Below, piece by piece: positions 1 through 11,429 of a DNA stretch of 64,000 nucleotides; the first letter of the stretch is position 1; every line of letters starts with the position of its first letter. The stretch is from Histomonas meleagridis 2922-C6/04-290x. Taxonomy: Eukaryota > Protista > Parabasalia. Below the pieces are notes generated by a model. That model made no database searches, had not been told where the DNA came from, and saw only the letters and a list, made by a program, of their open reading frames with translations. The stretch spans positions 248,001 to 312,000 of the forward strand of contig JAANOX010000253.1 of the NCBI GenBank assembly GCA_020184695.1. The letters run 5' to 3'. The position numbers were made by a program, and so were the translations under genes.

Positions 1-845
1 TCTGGATACATTAACAGGTTTTCCATTAGCAAATGAAAATCCTATGTTTTCTTCAGTATTTTCAGTATTAAAATTAGCATCGATTTGCAGTAGGTTTTGC
101 GCCCTTTGAAGTGATTCTTTTGACACATTAACAGGTTTTCCACTCGCAAATGAAAAGCCAACGTTTTCTTCAGTATTCACGTTGGAATTCCCATCGATTT
201 GCAGTAGACTTTGTGCCCTCTGAAGTGATTCATTTAACACATTAACTGGCTTTCCATTAGCAAATAAAAATCCAACGTTTTCCTCAGTATTGATATTTGG
301 ATTACATTCAATTTGCAATAAATTTTGTGCCCTTTGAAGTGACTCTCTGGATACATTAACAGGTTTTCCATTGGCAAATGAAAAGCCAACGTTTTCTTCA
401 GTATTCACGTTGGAATTCCCATCAATTTGAAGCAGATTTTGTGCCCTCTGAAGTGATTCTTTTGACACGTTCACTGGTCTTCCGCTCGCAAGTGAAAATC
501 CAACGATTTTTTCAGTATTCATATTTGGATTACTTTCAATTTGAAGAAGATTTTGTGCCCTTTGAAGTGATTCTTTTGACACGTTCACTGGCTTTCCACT
601 CGCAAGTGAAAAGCCAACACTTTCTTCAGTATTCATGTTGGAATTTCCATCGATTTGAAGCAGATTTTGTGCACGTCGCAGAGATTCTTTTGATACTTCC
701 ACTGGCTTGCCAGTAGCGAGTGAAAATCCTATGTTTTCTCCAGTGTTTTTATTTGAATTGTCTTCTATTTGCAAAAATTTTTGTGCTCTTTTTAGTGATT
801 CCTTTGACACATTTACTGGCTTACCACTAGCTAGCGAAAATCCTC
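1..845 (-). repeat. ~114-nt tandem repeat (7 complete plus 1 partial BRC units)
   Basis: Recurring plus-strand motifs GTGCCC(T/C)TGAAGTGATTC and GAAAA(T/G)CC(A/T)A at ~114-nt spacing; the plus-strand ORFs 378-716 and 707-892 are antisense shadows. Confidence 0.9.
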
Positions 846-987
846 CACTTGTGTCATTTTTAATTTCTAACGAGTTTTCTTTATCCTTTTGATCGTTAAT
901 ATTGATCTCCAATTTTTTTTTATTCTGAAGATCTCCGCTATTCCTTTTGCTTCTGTCCTCTATTTGCAGACTTCTTTTCCTTTGCAT
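1..987 (-). CDS. BRCA2-like protein, 5' part with tandem BRC-repeat array (runs off window edge; absent from ORF track)
   Basis: Manual translation from ATG at 987 is open to base 1 (329 codons): MQRKRSLQ... then 38-aa repeats such as GFSLASGKPVNVSKESLQRAQNLLQIDGNSNVNTEENV. These contain the BRC FxxA-SGK hairpin and the downstream SL..AQ.LL module. BRCA2 identity needs the C-terminal domains outside the window. Confidence 0.8.
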   Translation of the reverse strand, partial: MQRKRSLQIEDRSKRNSGDLQNKKKLEININDQKDKENSLEIKNDTSGGFSLASGKPVNVSKESLKRAQKFLQIEDNSNKNTGENIGFSLATGKPVEVSKESLRRAQNLLQIDGNSNMNTEESVGFSLASGKPVNVSKESLQRAQNLLQIESNPNMNTEKIVGFSLASGRPVNVSKESLQRAQNLLQIDGNSNVNTEENVGFSFANGKPVNVSRESLQRAQNLLQIECNPNINTEENVGFLFANGKPVNVLNESLQRAQSLLQIDGNSNVNTEENVGFSFASGKPVNVSKESLQRAQNLLQIDANFNTENTEENIGFSFANGKPVNVSR

Positions 988-1146
988 CAATTATTTATCT
1001 GCAGGAGGAACAGTGAAGTCACTCGAAATTCACTTGTGATTTCAATTGTTATCTGGTCGAATACTGATTTGAAATTCAGACAAAACGAAAACTTTCTCCA
1101 AAATTCACAAGCAAAAATAAAAAAGAATTTGTATCATTTGGTTTGT

Positions 1147-2631
1147 TTAAGCCTTTTCAAGCTTTTCAGCCTCCTTAACGAAAGGAATGAATGTAAGGTC
1201 TTCGGTATGAGATTTAATATTTTCTGCTTCAGCTTGTAAGTCGACATCCGGCATATTGTAGTCAGTCCTTGGCTGCTCTTCTTCGATAATCTGCTTCAAG
1301 TAAGGTTGGAGAACCTTTGGTACTTTGATACCTTCAGGTGTTTGATAGTTTTCGAGGATAGCGCAAAGAGTTCTTTCTGTAGCGCATAATGTGCAGTTAA
1401 GCATATGAACGTATTCCTTTTCGCCGCCTTTTGTCTTTCCATGGCCAAACCTAATTCCTAATTTACGGGATTGGAAGTCAAGACAATTAGAACCGGAGAC
1501 AAGTTCGCGATATGTTCCATAGCTTGGGAACCATCCTTCGATATCATATTTCTTGGATGTGGAATAGTTAAGTTCGCCTGAGACAACACAGACAACACGG
1601 AATGGAATACCAAGTGTACGAAGGAATTCACATGCATTGTTGATCATTTCATGATGAACTTTGTCGGATTCGCCATCATGTGGTGATGTAATGCAGAATT
1701 GTTCGACTTTCTCGAACTGATGGACACGGAAAATTCCCCAGTTATCTTTGCCTGATGCACCAGCTTCTTTACGGAAGCATGTAGAGAAGCCTGCATACTT
1801 CTTCGGAAGTTCGGTGGCATCAAGAGACTCACCAAGATGGAAGCCGCAAAGTGTTTGCTCGGATGTGGCAATAAGGAACATGTCATCATTTGGATCATTG
1901 GTGGCTGAATCTACATGGTAAAGTGTTTCTTGGAAATCTTCGAGTTGGCAAACACGTCCCATAATGTCACGACGCATAAAGAATGGTGTATGGATAGATG
2001 TGAATCCACGAGATGTAAGGAAATCAATACCATAACGGAAGAGGGCTTGGTTAAGACGAAGTGCTGAACCCTTGAGATAGTAACCACGATGACCTGCAAC
2101 ACGGGCACCACGAGCAGCATCATATCCATCAATCATCGAAAGAAGTTCATGATGAGCTTTGAAGTTTGGAATGTTGGGGATCTTACCACATGTGCAAACA
2201 GTGACATTGTCAGCTTCATCAAGGGAAACTGGAACATCTGGTTGGATCATGACACCAACTTCTGAAAGCATCTTCTCAACAGACTTGAAAAGAACTTCGG
2301 TTTCCTTCTCAGCTTCTTCAACTTGTTTCTTGAGTTCAAGGCTTTTTGCTTTGATGGCTTCTTTTTCTTCTTCAGTCTTTTGACCGCCTTTCTTTGGATT
2401 TAAGCTTTGCATAAGGGCACCACGTTGCTTGGCTAAATCAGCTTTTCTCTTGAGAGCAGCACGATACTTGACGTCCTCTGCAACAATTTGATCAATTAAT
2501 TCTGGATTCCTATTTCTCTTTTTTTGATTTTCTCTCCATTTAGCAAGTTCGGCTTCTGGTGCGTCACGGAAGTTTTTGATATCAACACCAGCGGTAAATT
2601 CTTGTGCAGCAGATGCTTTTTTGGTTGTCAT
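1147..2631 (-). CDS. SARS: Seryl-tRNA synthetase (cytosolic type)
   Basis: N-terminal coiled-coil arm, LIATSEQTL, motif 2 FRKEAG...GIFRVHQFEKVEQF, motif 3 HMLNCTLCATERTLCAILENYQ. Confidence 0.97.
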   Translation of the reverse strand: MTTKKASAAQEFTAGVDIKNFRDAPEAELAKWRENQKKRNRNPELIDQIVAEDVKYRAALKRKADLAKQRGALMQSLNPKKGGQKTEEEKEAIKAKSLELKKQVEEAEKETEVLFKSVEKMLSEVGVMIQPDVPVSLDEADNVTVCTCGKIPNIPNFKAHHELLSMIDGYDAARGARVAGHRGYYLKGSALRLNQALFRYGIDFLTSRGFTSIHTPFFMRRDIMGRVCQLEDFQETLYHVDSATNDPNDDMFLIATSEQTLCGFHLGESLDATELPKKYAGFSTCFRKEAGASGKDNWGIFRVHQFEKVEQFCITSPHDGESDKVHHEMINNACEFLRTLGIPFRVVCVVSGELNYSTSKKYDIEGWFPSYGTYRELVSGSNCLDFQSRKLGIRFGHGKTKGGEKEYVHMLNCTLCATERTLCAILENYQTPEGIKVPKVLQPYLKQIIEEEQPRTDYNMPDVDLQAEAENIKSHTEDLTFIPFVKEAEKLEKA

Positions 2632-2962
2632 CCAAAATGTGCACCGACCAACCCAAATTGAAACAAACGATATGAATTCAATTTGTCATTTTAAATTTGT
2701 GTAAAGATATTTTGGCTCAGGCCATTCATATTCAAAAATTGTGGGAAAAAGTTGACATTCAAATAAAAACGAAAGAAAAATGAAACCACCAAACAGAAGT
2801 TAATTTAACATTAATTCCGAGAATTAATATTGATTTCAAGCAAATGTTTTTCGTTAGATGAATTTTTTTTGGATACAATTATGAAATTTGATTACCATAA
2901 ACAATGTTGTTCGCAAATTAATTTAGTTGAATTGACCTAGTAATAGTTAAAAAGCGATTTAT

Positions 2963-3433
2963 TTACCATAGTTCAAAATCTTTGTTTGAAATAATATCAT
3001 CAAAAAAGTTCAAATCAGTATCATGAAAGTCTAAGAAAGTTTTTGAATTAGCGATACTGGATATAGAATCTTTGCTATTAGGTTCAAGAGGTTTTTCAAT
3101 CATTTGCCGTAAATGACGCATCCAGCGGTTTTTAAGGTTACATTCACTCCTACCTTTGAACTCTTGGGATATCCGTTTCCACTTCGGTCCAATTTCTCGT
3201 ACTAGTTTTACTAGTAGTTGATCTTCTTCATGTGACCATGGACCATTAATGATTTCGGGATTTAAAAACGAACGCCATCTTTCACGACAAGATCTTGCAT
3301 TTCTTCCGTTCATAAACATTGAAATAAGTTCCCAATTCTTATCACCATGAAGATTAACAAGTCTTGTTAAAAGAAAGTCTTCAGATGGGGAGAATGCCTT
3401 ACGGTGATTCTTTTTGCATGATACAGATGTCAT
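2963..3433 (-). CDS. R2R3 Myb-like DNA-binding protein
   Basis: FSPSEDFLL...W..IS..M.GRNARSCRERW and WSHEEDQLL...GPKW..IS..F.GRSE..LKNRW repeats; first in-frame ATG at 3433 (the track starts at a non-ATG codon, 3478). Confidence 0.92.
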   Translation of the reverse strand: MTSVSCKKNHRKAFSPSEDFLLTRLVNLHGDKNWELISMFMNGRNARSCRERWRSFLNPEIINGPWSHEEDQLLVKLVREIGPKWKRISQEFKGRSECNLKNRWMRHLRQMIEKPLEPNSKDSISSIANSKTFLDFHDTDLNFFDDIISNKDFELW

Positions 3434-4469
3434 GACATTATTTGTTGAACTAAGGACGGGCACTGCTGATAAATACAACTCAAAAGGAAAGTGAACAGAA
3501 ATTGACTTTTTCTATGTAAAACCTATTGAAATTGAGTTGTAAAACATTCAAACATTGGCCACCCAAAGCTTCATAAACTATTAAAACCGGTCTGAAATAA
3601 AAAGTTTGGTATGACCAGATATGGATTGAAAAAACTTCTCTTCAAATTCTAGGGAATATAAATTGCATGTACATCCATTCGAAAAAATGCACATTAGTGT
3701 CATGCAATTTCGTTGTTATCCGAATATTATTTTTATAGATTTTGACTTGGAGTATGCTCTTTATTATAAAGTTCCCATAGATTCTCAAAGTTTTTTATAT
3801 TTTTCTTTGATTTCAATCATAAAATTGATGTATTTTTATATTTTTTCTTTGAAACAATAAAAAATTTCACGCACCTAAAAAAATATCTTCTTTCTCTTGA
3901 ATTTATATTAGGTTAAATATGTTTTGTTTTGTAAATGAAATATAACTCATCTAAAATTTCGCAATTACTTTTCATATCATTAGTTTCGCTCACAAAAAAG
4001 TCATGTGTATGTATGAAAATTTTGCAACGTGATTTTTTTCCACTTAAATATAATTTTTGGAACTCATTCCTATTATATATGTTCTACTTATTATTGACAA
4101 TAATTTGTCCAAATAAAAATTAAAAATTTGTCAACCAACTTGCAAATCAGATGATTCACTGGAAAATTGCATACCAGAAAATTGGTAGAAGCGATTCTAA
4201 CCAAATTTCAATATGACATTAATGCTATTATGTCTATTCTTATGTTTTGAGTGAGTAATATTGATGCGACATGTCGCTTATTTTTTCTCTGTCGTATTTA
4301 CAAAAAGTTAATCAAAAACTTTTTCAAAGCGCACAGGCTATCGGTGTAAAAAATTTCTGTTTGAAACCGTGATCGATAGCACTTTTACTCATTTGACCAG
4401 TTGGAACGTGCTCTTGCCAAGCGATTTCAAACTAAAGCTAGTAAACGGAAAAAAAAATTACGCAAACTC

Positions 4470-5942
4470 ATGCACTTTATTATTATGAGTGTAATAACAA
4501 TATTATTTCTTTTTTCTTTAAAATCATTAACTAATAATTCAAATATAAAATATGTTTACACCATAACAAATGATACACTTTCTGTGGCTATTGACCTCAA
4601 CGAAGAAATGGTTCTTAACTCTTATCAAAACATTAATTATCTCAACATATTGTCATCATTTGCAGTTATCCGTGATAAAACTCTTCTTAAATGCGGCTAC
4701 AAATATAATATAACCTATACTACGTTTCCAGACAATGGTTATTTTGCACTTCAAAGTGCAATATATTTATTGGAAATGCCTGATTATGTTCTTTATGTTA
4801 ACAGTTCCAACGTTAACTACATGCCAACCAATTCATGGGTTGAATCCGCAATAAATAAAATGATATTTCAGAAGTCAGATGTTCTTTTTGGTGGTAACAC
4901 CACATTTCAAAACAAAACTGTTGGCATTGGCGTTGCTATACTTAAGGCATCAATTGTTCGTGAACTTCTTTATTACACCAATTCCACGTTCACTTCTATT
5001 CCGCCGTTACTTGCTGTTTCACTTCTTCCCAGAGATAAAATTCGTATTGTATATAATCACTTCGATGGCATTAAGCCATTACAAAACTATGATCATATAA
5101 CAAAAGTTGAACAACTTCGATATCAAAAATGTTCCATAGTATCCAACACAACCAAGCCAACGCTTGCAGTCATGATACCATTATTCAAGCGCCAAAACAT
5201 CTATGAATACATTAAATCGTTTGAAAACGAAACGTATAAAGCGAATTTCTATTTATTAGTTCAATGTGAGAATCGATTTACATTAAACTTAAAACTTGTT
5301 CAATCAAACATTAAAAGACGTGTGCCAGTATATCACATTTGGTGCTATAATTGGAGTCCATTGTTTATGTTTCCTTTATATGTCACTGGTATGTTACCTG
5401 TTGACTTTGTAATGCGTTGGGATGATGATGAAAGGCCATTCGGCAATCAAACGCACAACAACTTAATCGAACGCGTTAAAAATGATGATAACATTGCGGG
5501 GCTACAATTGTTTAACGATAATAGAATCAGATGGGAGAAAGATGATGGCAACGCACCCTTTTGCGGGAGGACTGATCACATAGCTGCGCCAATGATGTAT
5601 AGGCCAACTCATGCAAAGATTGCGGCAAGAACAAAAGTAATCACATTCGCGCATGGAGAAGATATATATGTATCCGTTTCTTCGAACATTGTATGTAATA
5701 CGAATATGGTTTTTGCGGGTATGCCATTCGATATGAATGGAGAAGATGGATTAAAACATGAAAACGACGAGGAAATGAAGAAGGCAAAGAACTACCAAGG
5801 AGCAATGTACTTCGTGTGGGAAATTTATAACGATTACAGGAGAAGGGCTAAATATGTGCCGCAATGCTTAGTAAATGAAAATACAACGTCAAGAGGTAAC
5901 TTCGCGTTGATAGAGTTCGCGCACACAGATTTATTTAAATAA
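4470..5942 (+). CDS. Type II membrane protein, putative GT-A glycosyltransferase
   Basis: N-terminal hydrophobic anchor (MHFIIMSVITILFLFSL), VMIPLFKR strand and DFVMRWDDDE DxD-like motif; ATG at 4470. Confidence 0.55.
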   Translation: MHFIIMSVITILFLFSLKSLTNNSNIKYVYTITNDTLSVAIDLNEEMVLNSYQNINYLNILSSFAVIRDKTLLKCGYKYNITYTTFPDNGYFALQSAIYLLEMPDYVLYVNSSNVNYMPTNSWVESAINKMIFQKSDVLFGGNTTFQNKTVGIGVAILKASIVRELLYYTNSTFTSIPPLLAVSLLPRDKIRIVYNHFDGIKPLQNYDHITKVEQLRYQKCSIVSNTTKPTLAVMIPLFKRQNIYEYIKSFENETYKANFYLLVQCENRFTLNLKLVQSNIKRRVPVYHIWCYNWSPLFMFPLYVTGMLPVDFVMRWDDDERPFGNQTHNNLIERVKNDDNIAGLQLFNDNRIRWEKDDGNAPFCGRTDHIAAPMMYRPTHAKIAARTKVITFAHGEDIYVSVSSNIVCNTNMVFAGMPFDMNGEDGLKHENDEEMKKAKNYQGAMYFVWEIYNDYRRRAKYVPQCLVNENTTSRGNFALIEFAHTDLFK

Positions 5943-6512
5943 ATGTTTGAAATTCGAATTATTTGATGAATGTAATTTGTTTTTTTGATTATTATAAAAA
6001 TTTTTATAAGTGATTGATTGTTGAGTAATCATAGGAATTTTAATTTATTAGTGAAACATTTTAATGTAAATAATTATTACTTTTATCAATGTTAAAATAT
6101 TATCTAACAACATCATTATTTAAATCGAATCAATTAATTGAAATAAATATTAATGAGCAATTAGTAAACATTTTTTCTTAAATAATAATATAAAACTTTG
6201 AGTTTATTTAATTTAAGGAATAATAAAAATTTTTAGAAATTACGGAGAATGAGATCAAAAATAAAATAATCCTTAAGGATAATAAGATTATGACAATAAT
6301 GTTCATGAAAACTTTTTATCACCAAAAAATATATTGTTATTGAGAAATTATAGTTTTTCCAAAAAACTTTTTAATTTTATAAATTCTATAATTTAAATTT
6401 GAATTATTAAAATATCAAAATTCATTTTATCGATGTTAACAAAGAACAAATACAAATATAACAAAAATCAATAATAACTTAACATTATTTTTATTTAAAA
6501 ATTGTCAAAAAG

Positions 6513-7193
6513 TTACATATTATCCAAAATGAATGTGCTAAGTTTTGATTGGAAAGAAGAAAGCTCGTTTTGAATAAGAGACAACTGTTCAATACTGGTA
6601 ATAATATTTTTCAATTTCAAGAAATTTGTTCTTGTGGTCTTAAATAACGTTTTGTTTGATGAAATATATTTTGTTTCAATTGATGGCAAAAAAATATCAT
6701 CGACAAGGCCAACCGCATATTTGAGAGAAACAACAACAGAGTTTGTATCGTGTGGCTTGCAATTTAATTCTGACTGAGAAAACTTTAAGGCATTTACAAA
6801 TTGACTTAATAGATCATACTCTGCTTGAGGTACATCAGTATCTGGTAAAAATCCAATGTAGCTATAAACATCTTCAAAGTGTTTAACGTAGTTAGCTAAG
6901 GAATTACATATATCATGATTTTGTAATTGATCAATCAAATCTGGAATGTCTTTACTTGCTGTTAAAAATATTTCACTAATAATGTCCTTTGGTTGCTGGC
7001 CTTGAAGTAACTTATTGAATGTTAAATCAATCTTTGTTAATATTTTTAAAATCGTTTCCTTATCATTTTGTGAATATAAATCATTACAAAGAGTAGCTAA
7101 TTGAGAATGCATTGACTTCCATTTTATTGGTAGATTGTTTCCAAATGTAATAGATTTTTTTTGGCTGCTCGAGGAGATGTCATTTGTTTGCAT
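6513..7193 (-). CDS. Hypothetical helical protein
   Basis: 226-aa ORF with ATG and an upstream AACGGTT motif; no recognised domain. Confidence 0.7.
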   Translation of the reverse strand: MQTNDISSSSQKKSITFGNNLPIKWKSMHSQLATLCNDLYSQNDKETILKILTKIDLTFNKLLQGQQPKDIISEIFLTASKDIPDLIDQLQNHDICNSLANYVKHFEDVYSYIGFLPDTDVPQAEYDLLSQFVNALKFSQSELNCKPHDTNSVVVSLKYAVGLVDDIFLPSIETKYISSNKTLFKTTRTNFLKLKNIITSIEQLSLIQNELSSFQSKLSTFILDNM

Positions 7194-7714
7194 TTTGGAA
7201 AAAGTGCTTATAAAGTAACCGTTTCTATCGTTTTATGAGGCACACCAAAACACAAGAAACAAAAAATGTTTACAATTGGTTTCTCCTGCACCCTTGTATA
7301 GGGTGCATTTTGCTTAGTGTTTGCATTAATATAAATGAAAAGTATAAAATCATAGAATCATCGTTAAAATGAGGTACATATGAAAACTGTTGGAATTTCA
7401 AACGTTCTCCGATAACGTTCCTTTTTAAGTCAAAATTTTATTTTTATGTGTGGTGTATACATAAAATATTTTGGTTTAAGACTAATTTTCCAAAACCTTT
7501 CTCATACTATTTCGAGTTGACAAGTTTTGCATCAAAAATTTGAGATAATATTAAAAATGTTTTGGTGAAATTTGAAGAAAATATCAAAGTGATCCCGTTG
7601 ACACTTTTTAGACCGAAATCTTCTTCAGTCAAAATTCAAAGACTTAAACGAACTTTTATTGGTAATTGCATTGAATTTTTTTGCTTTTTGAGAGGGCAAA
7701 AGTGGCATTGAGGA

Positions 7715-8647
7715 ATGGGTGGCTTGTTTAGCTCTAGCAAAAGATCGCTTCCCGAATTATATGTTGACATAGTAAATGCTGAACCTAAGTCCGAAAGCGA
7801 AAAGCAATTGTACGATGATTTTCAAAACAATATATTTGTTCCCGCACAAGATAAATTCCAACGTTTCTCTGCTTACCAAGATGGACAGCAGCTTGCAGCA
7901 GAATCTCTTAATCATCCATCGCCAGAATCCAAAGAAGCTGCATGGGAAGCTATATATCCCAACATTCAATTACAAATGGAAATGTTCAAATTTGCTAAAT
8001 CAGTTTCCAAGAAGTTTTCTGAGCTCCTTGAAACTGTTACTAATTTGGTACATGATAAGACAATTGATGTTTTTGTGGATATGCCAATTGCCATCAAATG
8101 TTTTGTGAATTGTTTTGACATTATCTTAACCTTTGATGAAATCAAACTTCGTCTTCCTAAGCTTCTTAACGACCTTGCTTTCTTTAGAAGAAATGCGCCA
8201 TCGCGCAACCAAGGTGATTTAGATGATATAATACATGATTCAAATACATCCACTATTTTTTGGGCCGCTCCAACTCCAATGCTTTCTGATGTCATTAATA
8301 CACTCCAAGCTACGTACACACCAGCATCCGAAGCTCATGCTAAAATTTTAGATGTAATTGGGTGTGTTAGTGATGTTTGCACTAATATCCTCAAGAACCA
8401 CAGATTCGATGATGAACAGCCTAATAAACTCTGCTTAAGGTGCATTGTCGGATCGACATTGATATACGATCACCTTTCTCCAACTGGAGCCTTCACATCT
8501 AAAACAAAGTTCCACGTCAAAGAAGCAATGGAACTTTTAGTAGGATTTGAACCAAAGCAGGTTAGTCTCATCAATGCTATTAAATATTCTTCAAAGAATT
8601 TGGATAAAGATGGAGCAGATCCTAAAATCACTAACCTGTTCAAATAA
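7715..8647 (+). CDS. CYRI/FAM49 family Rac1-binding protein
   Basis: MG start (myristoylation-like); LTFDEIKLRLPKLLNDLAFFRR resembles the FAM49 LxFDELKM..P.IQNDFSYYRR motif; CLRCIVGSTLIYDHLSPTGAF C-terminal block. Confidence 0.85.
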   Translation: MGGLFSSSKRSLPELYVDIVNAEPKSESEKQLYDDFQNNIFVPAQDKFQRFSAYQDGQQLAAESLNHPSPESKEAAWEAIYPNIQLQMEMFKFAKSVSKKFSELLETVTNLVHDKTIDVFVDMPIAIKCFVNCFDIILTFDEIKLRLPKLLNDLAFFRRNAPSRNQGDLDDIIHDSNTSTIFWAAPTPMLSDVINTLQATYTPASEAHAKILDVIGCVSDVCTNILKNHRFDDEQPNKLCLRCIVGSTLIYDHLSPTGAFTSKTKFHVKEAMELLVGFEPKQVSLINAIKYSSKNLDKDGADPKITNLFK

Positions 8648-9338
8648 TGGAATTCATGGATATTAAATAGTCTTGCCGATTTTTTTGGGTTTTGTTATTT
8701 TTCGTTTTTTCCAAACTCACAACCGTAAAAATAAAACATTGAAATAACAAACACTTTTTGCTTTGGGAATATTCCACTTTTGATGAGAAAATCAGTTATT
8801 GAAAAGTTTTTTAAGCAAACTTTTGTAATTAAGATATTTTACAATCCGAGTTCTCACAAGATGATTGATAATTTAATTATATTTAAATTATGACAAAAAA
8901 AATGTATTTTTTAGTGCAGATGCATGCCAAAAAGTGTTGCTGCTAAAAGAAATTGAAATAAATTTCATTTTTAAATGATCAATAATTTAGCAAATATTAA
9001 ATAAATTTTATGTGCAATACAGCAAGGGCACTATAAATTTTTTGCTTAATTAAGTAACTATTGTATGAAACCTTATTTGGAAACAGATTGAATATTTTCA
9101 ATTTTTTATTCAAATAACACAAATCTTAGCAAATTGTTTGAAAAAATTTTTTATAATTGTTTTCAAGAAATTTAGAATATTTTTCGAAATAGGTCATTCT
9201 TTATTTTTCTTCTAACCGTTAATTTAAACACATTGGAGATCAAATCACATTCAATTAAATGTAAACCTCAAATTTGCCAGAAAAATTTATCACCTCAAAT
9301 GTTGACTAAGTTTGTTCGACTATTTATCAAAATTAAAA

Positions 9339-11429
9339 ATGGATATGGAAAATCATCCATTCTTAAATCCTAAGTTCCCAATACAATGGTCAAGGATGAC
9401 ACCTGACATTGTTGAAGATGAAATCAATCTTGGAATGAAGATTGCAGAAGAAAACATTGAAAAGATTGCATCATTAAAAGATGATGAAATCACTTTTGAA
9501 AATACATTTGAAGCTTTCGATAAATATGATGAGCTTCTTAACATCGGTTGGGAACGTTTTTCTAACTTAAATACATGTCATGATAATCCTGAGCAAAGAG
9601 CTAAATATCAAAAACTTCGTCCCATTGTTATTGAATTTGCCACCAAGGTCTATATCAATGATCGTCTTTGGCACGTACTTCAAGCTGCTAAAGAGCGATT
9701 TCAAAATACGGATCTTGATTATTCCCAAAAGCGTCTTATTGAAGAAGTATGTTTAGACTTCATTCACAATGGTGCCAATCTTCCACAAGACAAGAAACAA
9801 CGTATTACAGAGATTAGCAAAGAAATGGCCACAGCCAATACCAAATTTGTACAAAATGTATTAGATTCCACCAATGCCTTTGAGTACTATGTCACAGATC
9901 CCAAAGAACTCGAAGGTCTTCCAGAGTCTGCCATTCTCCAAGCCAAAGAAAGTGCTGAATCGAAAGGCAAACCAGGCCAATGGCGTTTTACACTCCAATA
10001 TCCATCACGATTCCCAGTGATGCAACATGCCAAGAGCGAGAGCTTCCGTCGAGCGATCTGGGAAGCCAACAACAAAGTTGCAAGTGAAGGCGAATATGAT
10101 AACACGGAGAACATATTCAAAATCCTTAAACTTCGAGATGAGAAAGCCAAAATCCTTGGCTATAAGTCATTTGCAGACTTAACGTTATCACGTCGAATGG
10201 CTAAAACACAAGAAAACGCGATGAAATTTATTGATGAATTACATGACAAGATATATAAGCCATTTATTCGTGAGCATGAACAATTATTAAAGTACAAATC
10301 TTCTAAGACGGGTAAAGAAGAAACTGAAATATATCCATGGGAAAGAGCATATTACACCGAAATGCAACGCAAAGAGTTATATGACTTTGATGAAGAGTCA
10401 TTACGCCCATACTTTAATGCTGATTCAGTGCTCAAAGGATTATTTAATATAGCATCCACTATCTATGGGTTTAATGTTGTCGAACGTCCAACATATTGTA
10501 AGATTAATGGCGAGGAACCACAAAGTGAAGATAGTGTCGAAGTATGGGATAAAGATATCCAATTCTTCGATGTATATGACAAAGAAACTAATACTCACAT
10601 TGCATCGTTTTATAGTGACTTCTATCCACGCGAGAACAAGAAAGAAGGAGGATGGACACATCCATTAAGTAATGGAACGAAAGAGAACCCAATCATTATC
10701 GCAGTGATTGCCGGCAACTTACAAAAGCCAACAGAAGGTAAAGCGTCGCAATTAAATCATCGCGAAGTCGAAACTATATTCCATGAATTCGGTCACTTAT
10801 GTCATCACGTTTCATCACGCGCTAAATATAACTTATTGTTCGGCACGAACGTCTCATGGGACTTTGTCGAGTTGCCATCACAGATATTAGAGAATTGGAC
10901 ATGGGAAAGGTCTGCGTTAGACATCTTCGCAAAGCATTATGAAACTAATGAAAACATACCAAATGATTTGTACGAGAAAATGATTAACGCGCGTAACTAT
11001 AACAAGGCAACGTTTTACATGAGACAATTGTCATTCGGAAAAATTGATTTGGAGATTCATAGCCATTTGGAGAAATATGTCAACATGTCAATTAAGGAAA
11101 TTAACGACGAAGTGTTGAAGGATTATATGGAGCCGTGCTCAATCAAGCCAAACTCAATACTGTACGTGTTTAACCACTTGTTCTCAAGTTCAGTAGCATA
11201 CGCTGCGGGTTACTATAGCTACCTGTGGGCTGAGGTGCTCGACGCAGACGCGTTCTCAAGGTTTAAGAAGGAGGGAGTCCTCAACCCGAAGGTCGGAATG
11301 GAGTTCAGGAAGAAGATATTGGAATACGGAAACACAAAACCACCAGAGGAATTGTATAGAGATTTCATGGGAAGAGACCCAGACCAAAGGGCTTTCTTGG
11401 AGAGAAGTGGAATCAAGTTCGATGAGTAA
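9339..11429 (+). CDS. Oligopeptidase A-like M3A zinc metallopeptidase (bacterial type)
   Basis: NPFL-like start, FHEFGHLCH zinc motif, WDFVELPSQILENW, HLF...YAAGYYSYLWAEVLDADAF; ATG at 9339. Confidence 0.95.
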   Translation: MDMENHPFLNPKFPIQWSRMTPDIVEDEINLGMKIAEENIEKIASLKDDEITFENTFEAFDKYDELLNIGWERFSNLNTCHDNPEQRAKYQKLRPIVIEFATKVYINDRLWHVLQAAKERFQNTDLDYSQKRLIEEVCLDFIHNGANLPQDKKQRITEISKEMATANTKFVQNVLDSTNAFEYYVTDPKELEGLPESAILQAKESAESKGKPGQWRFTLQYPSRFPVMQHAKSESFRRAIWEANNKVASEGEYDNTENIFKILKLRDEKAKILGYKSFADLTLSRRMAKTQENAMKFIDELHDKIYKPFIREHEQLLKYKSSKTGKEETEIYPWERAYYTEMQRKELYDFDEESLRPYFNADSVLKGLFNIASTIYGFNVVERPTYCKINGEEPQSEDSVEVWDKDIQFFDVYDKETNTHIASFYSDFYPRENKKEGGWTHPLSNGTKENPIIIAVIAGNLQKPTEGKASQLNHREVETIFHEFGHLCHHVSSRAKYNLLFGTNVSWDFVELPSQILENWTWERSALDIFAKHYETNENIPNDLYEKMINARNYNKATFYMRQLSFGKIDLEIHSHLEKYVNMSIKEINDEVLKDYMEPCSIKPNSILYVFNHLFSSSVAYAAGYYSYLWAEVLDADAFSRFKKEGVLNPKVGMEFRKKILEYGNTKPPEELYRDFMGRDPDQRAFLERSGIKFDE

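Noticed and set aside
378-1239. Plus-strand ORFs 378-716, 707-892, 889-1239
   Set aside because: Antisense shadows of the BRC-repeat gene and the SerRS 3' end.
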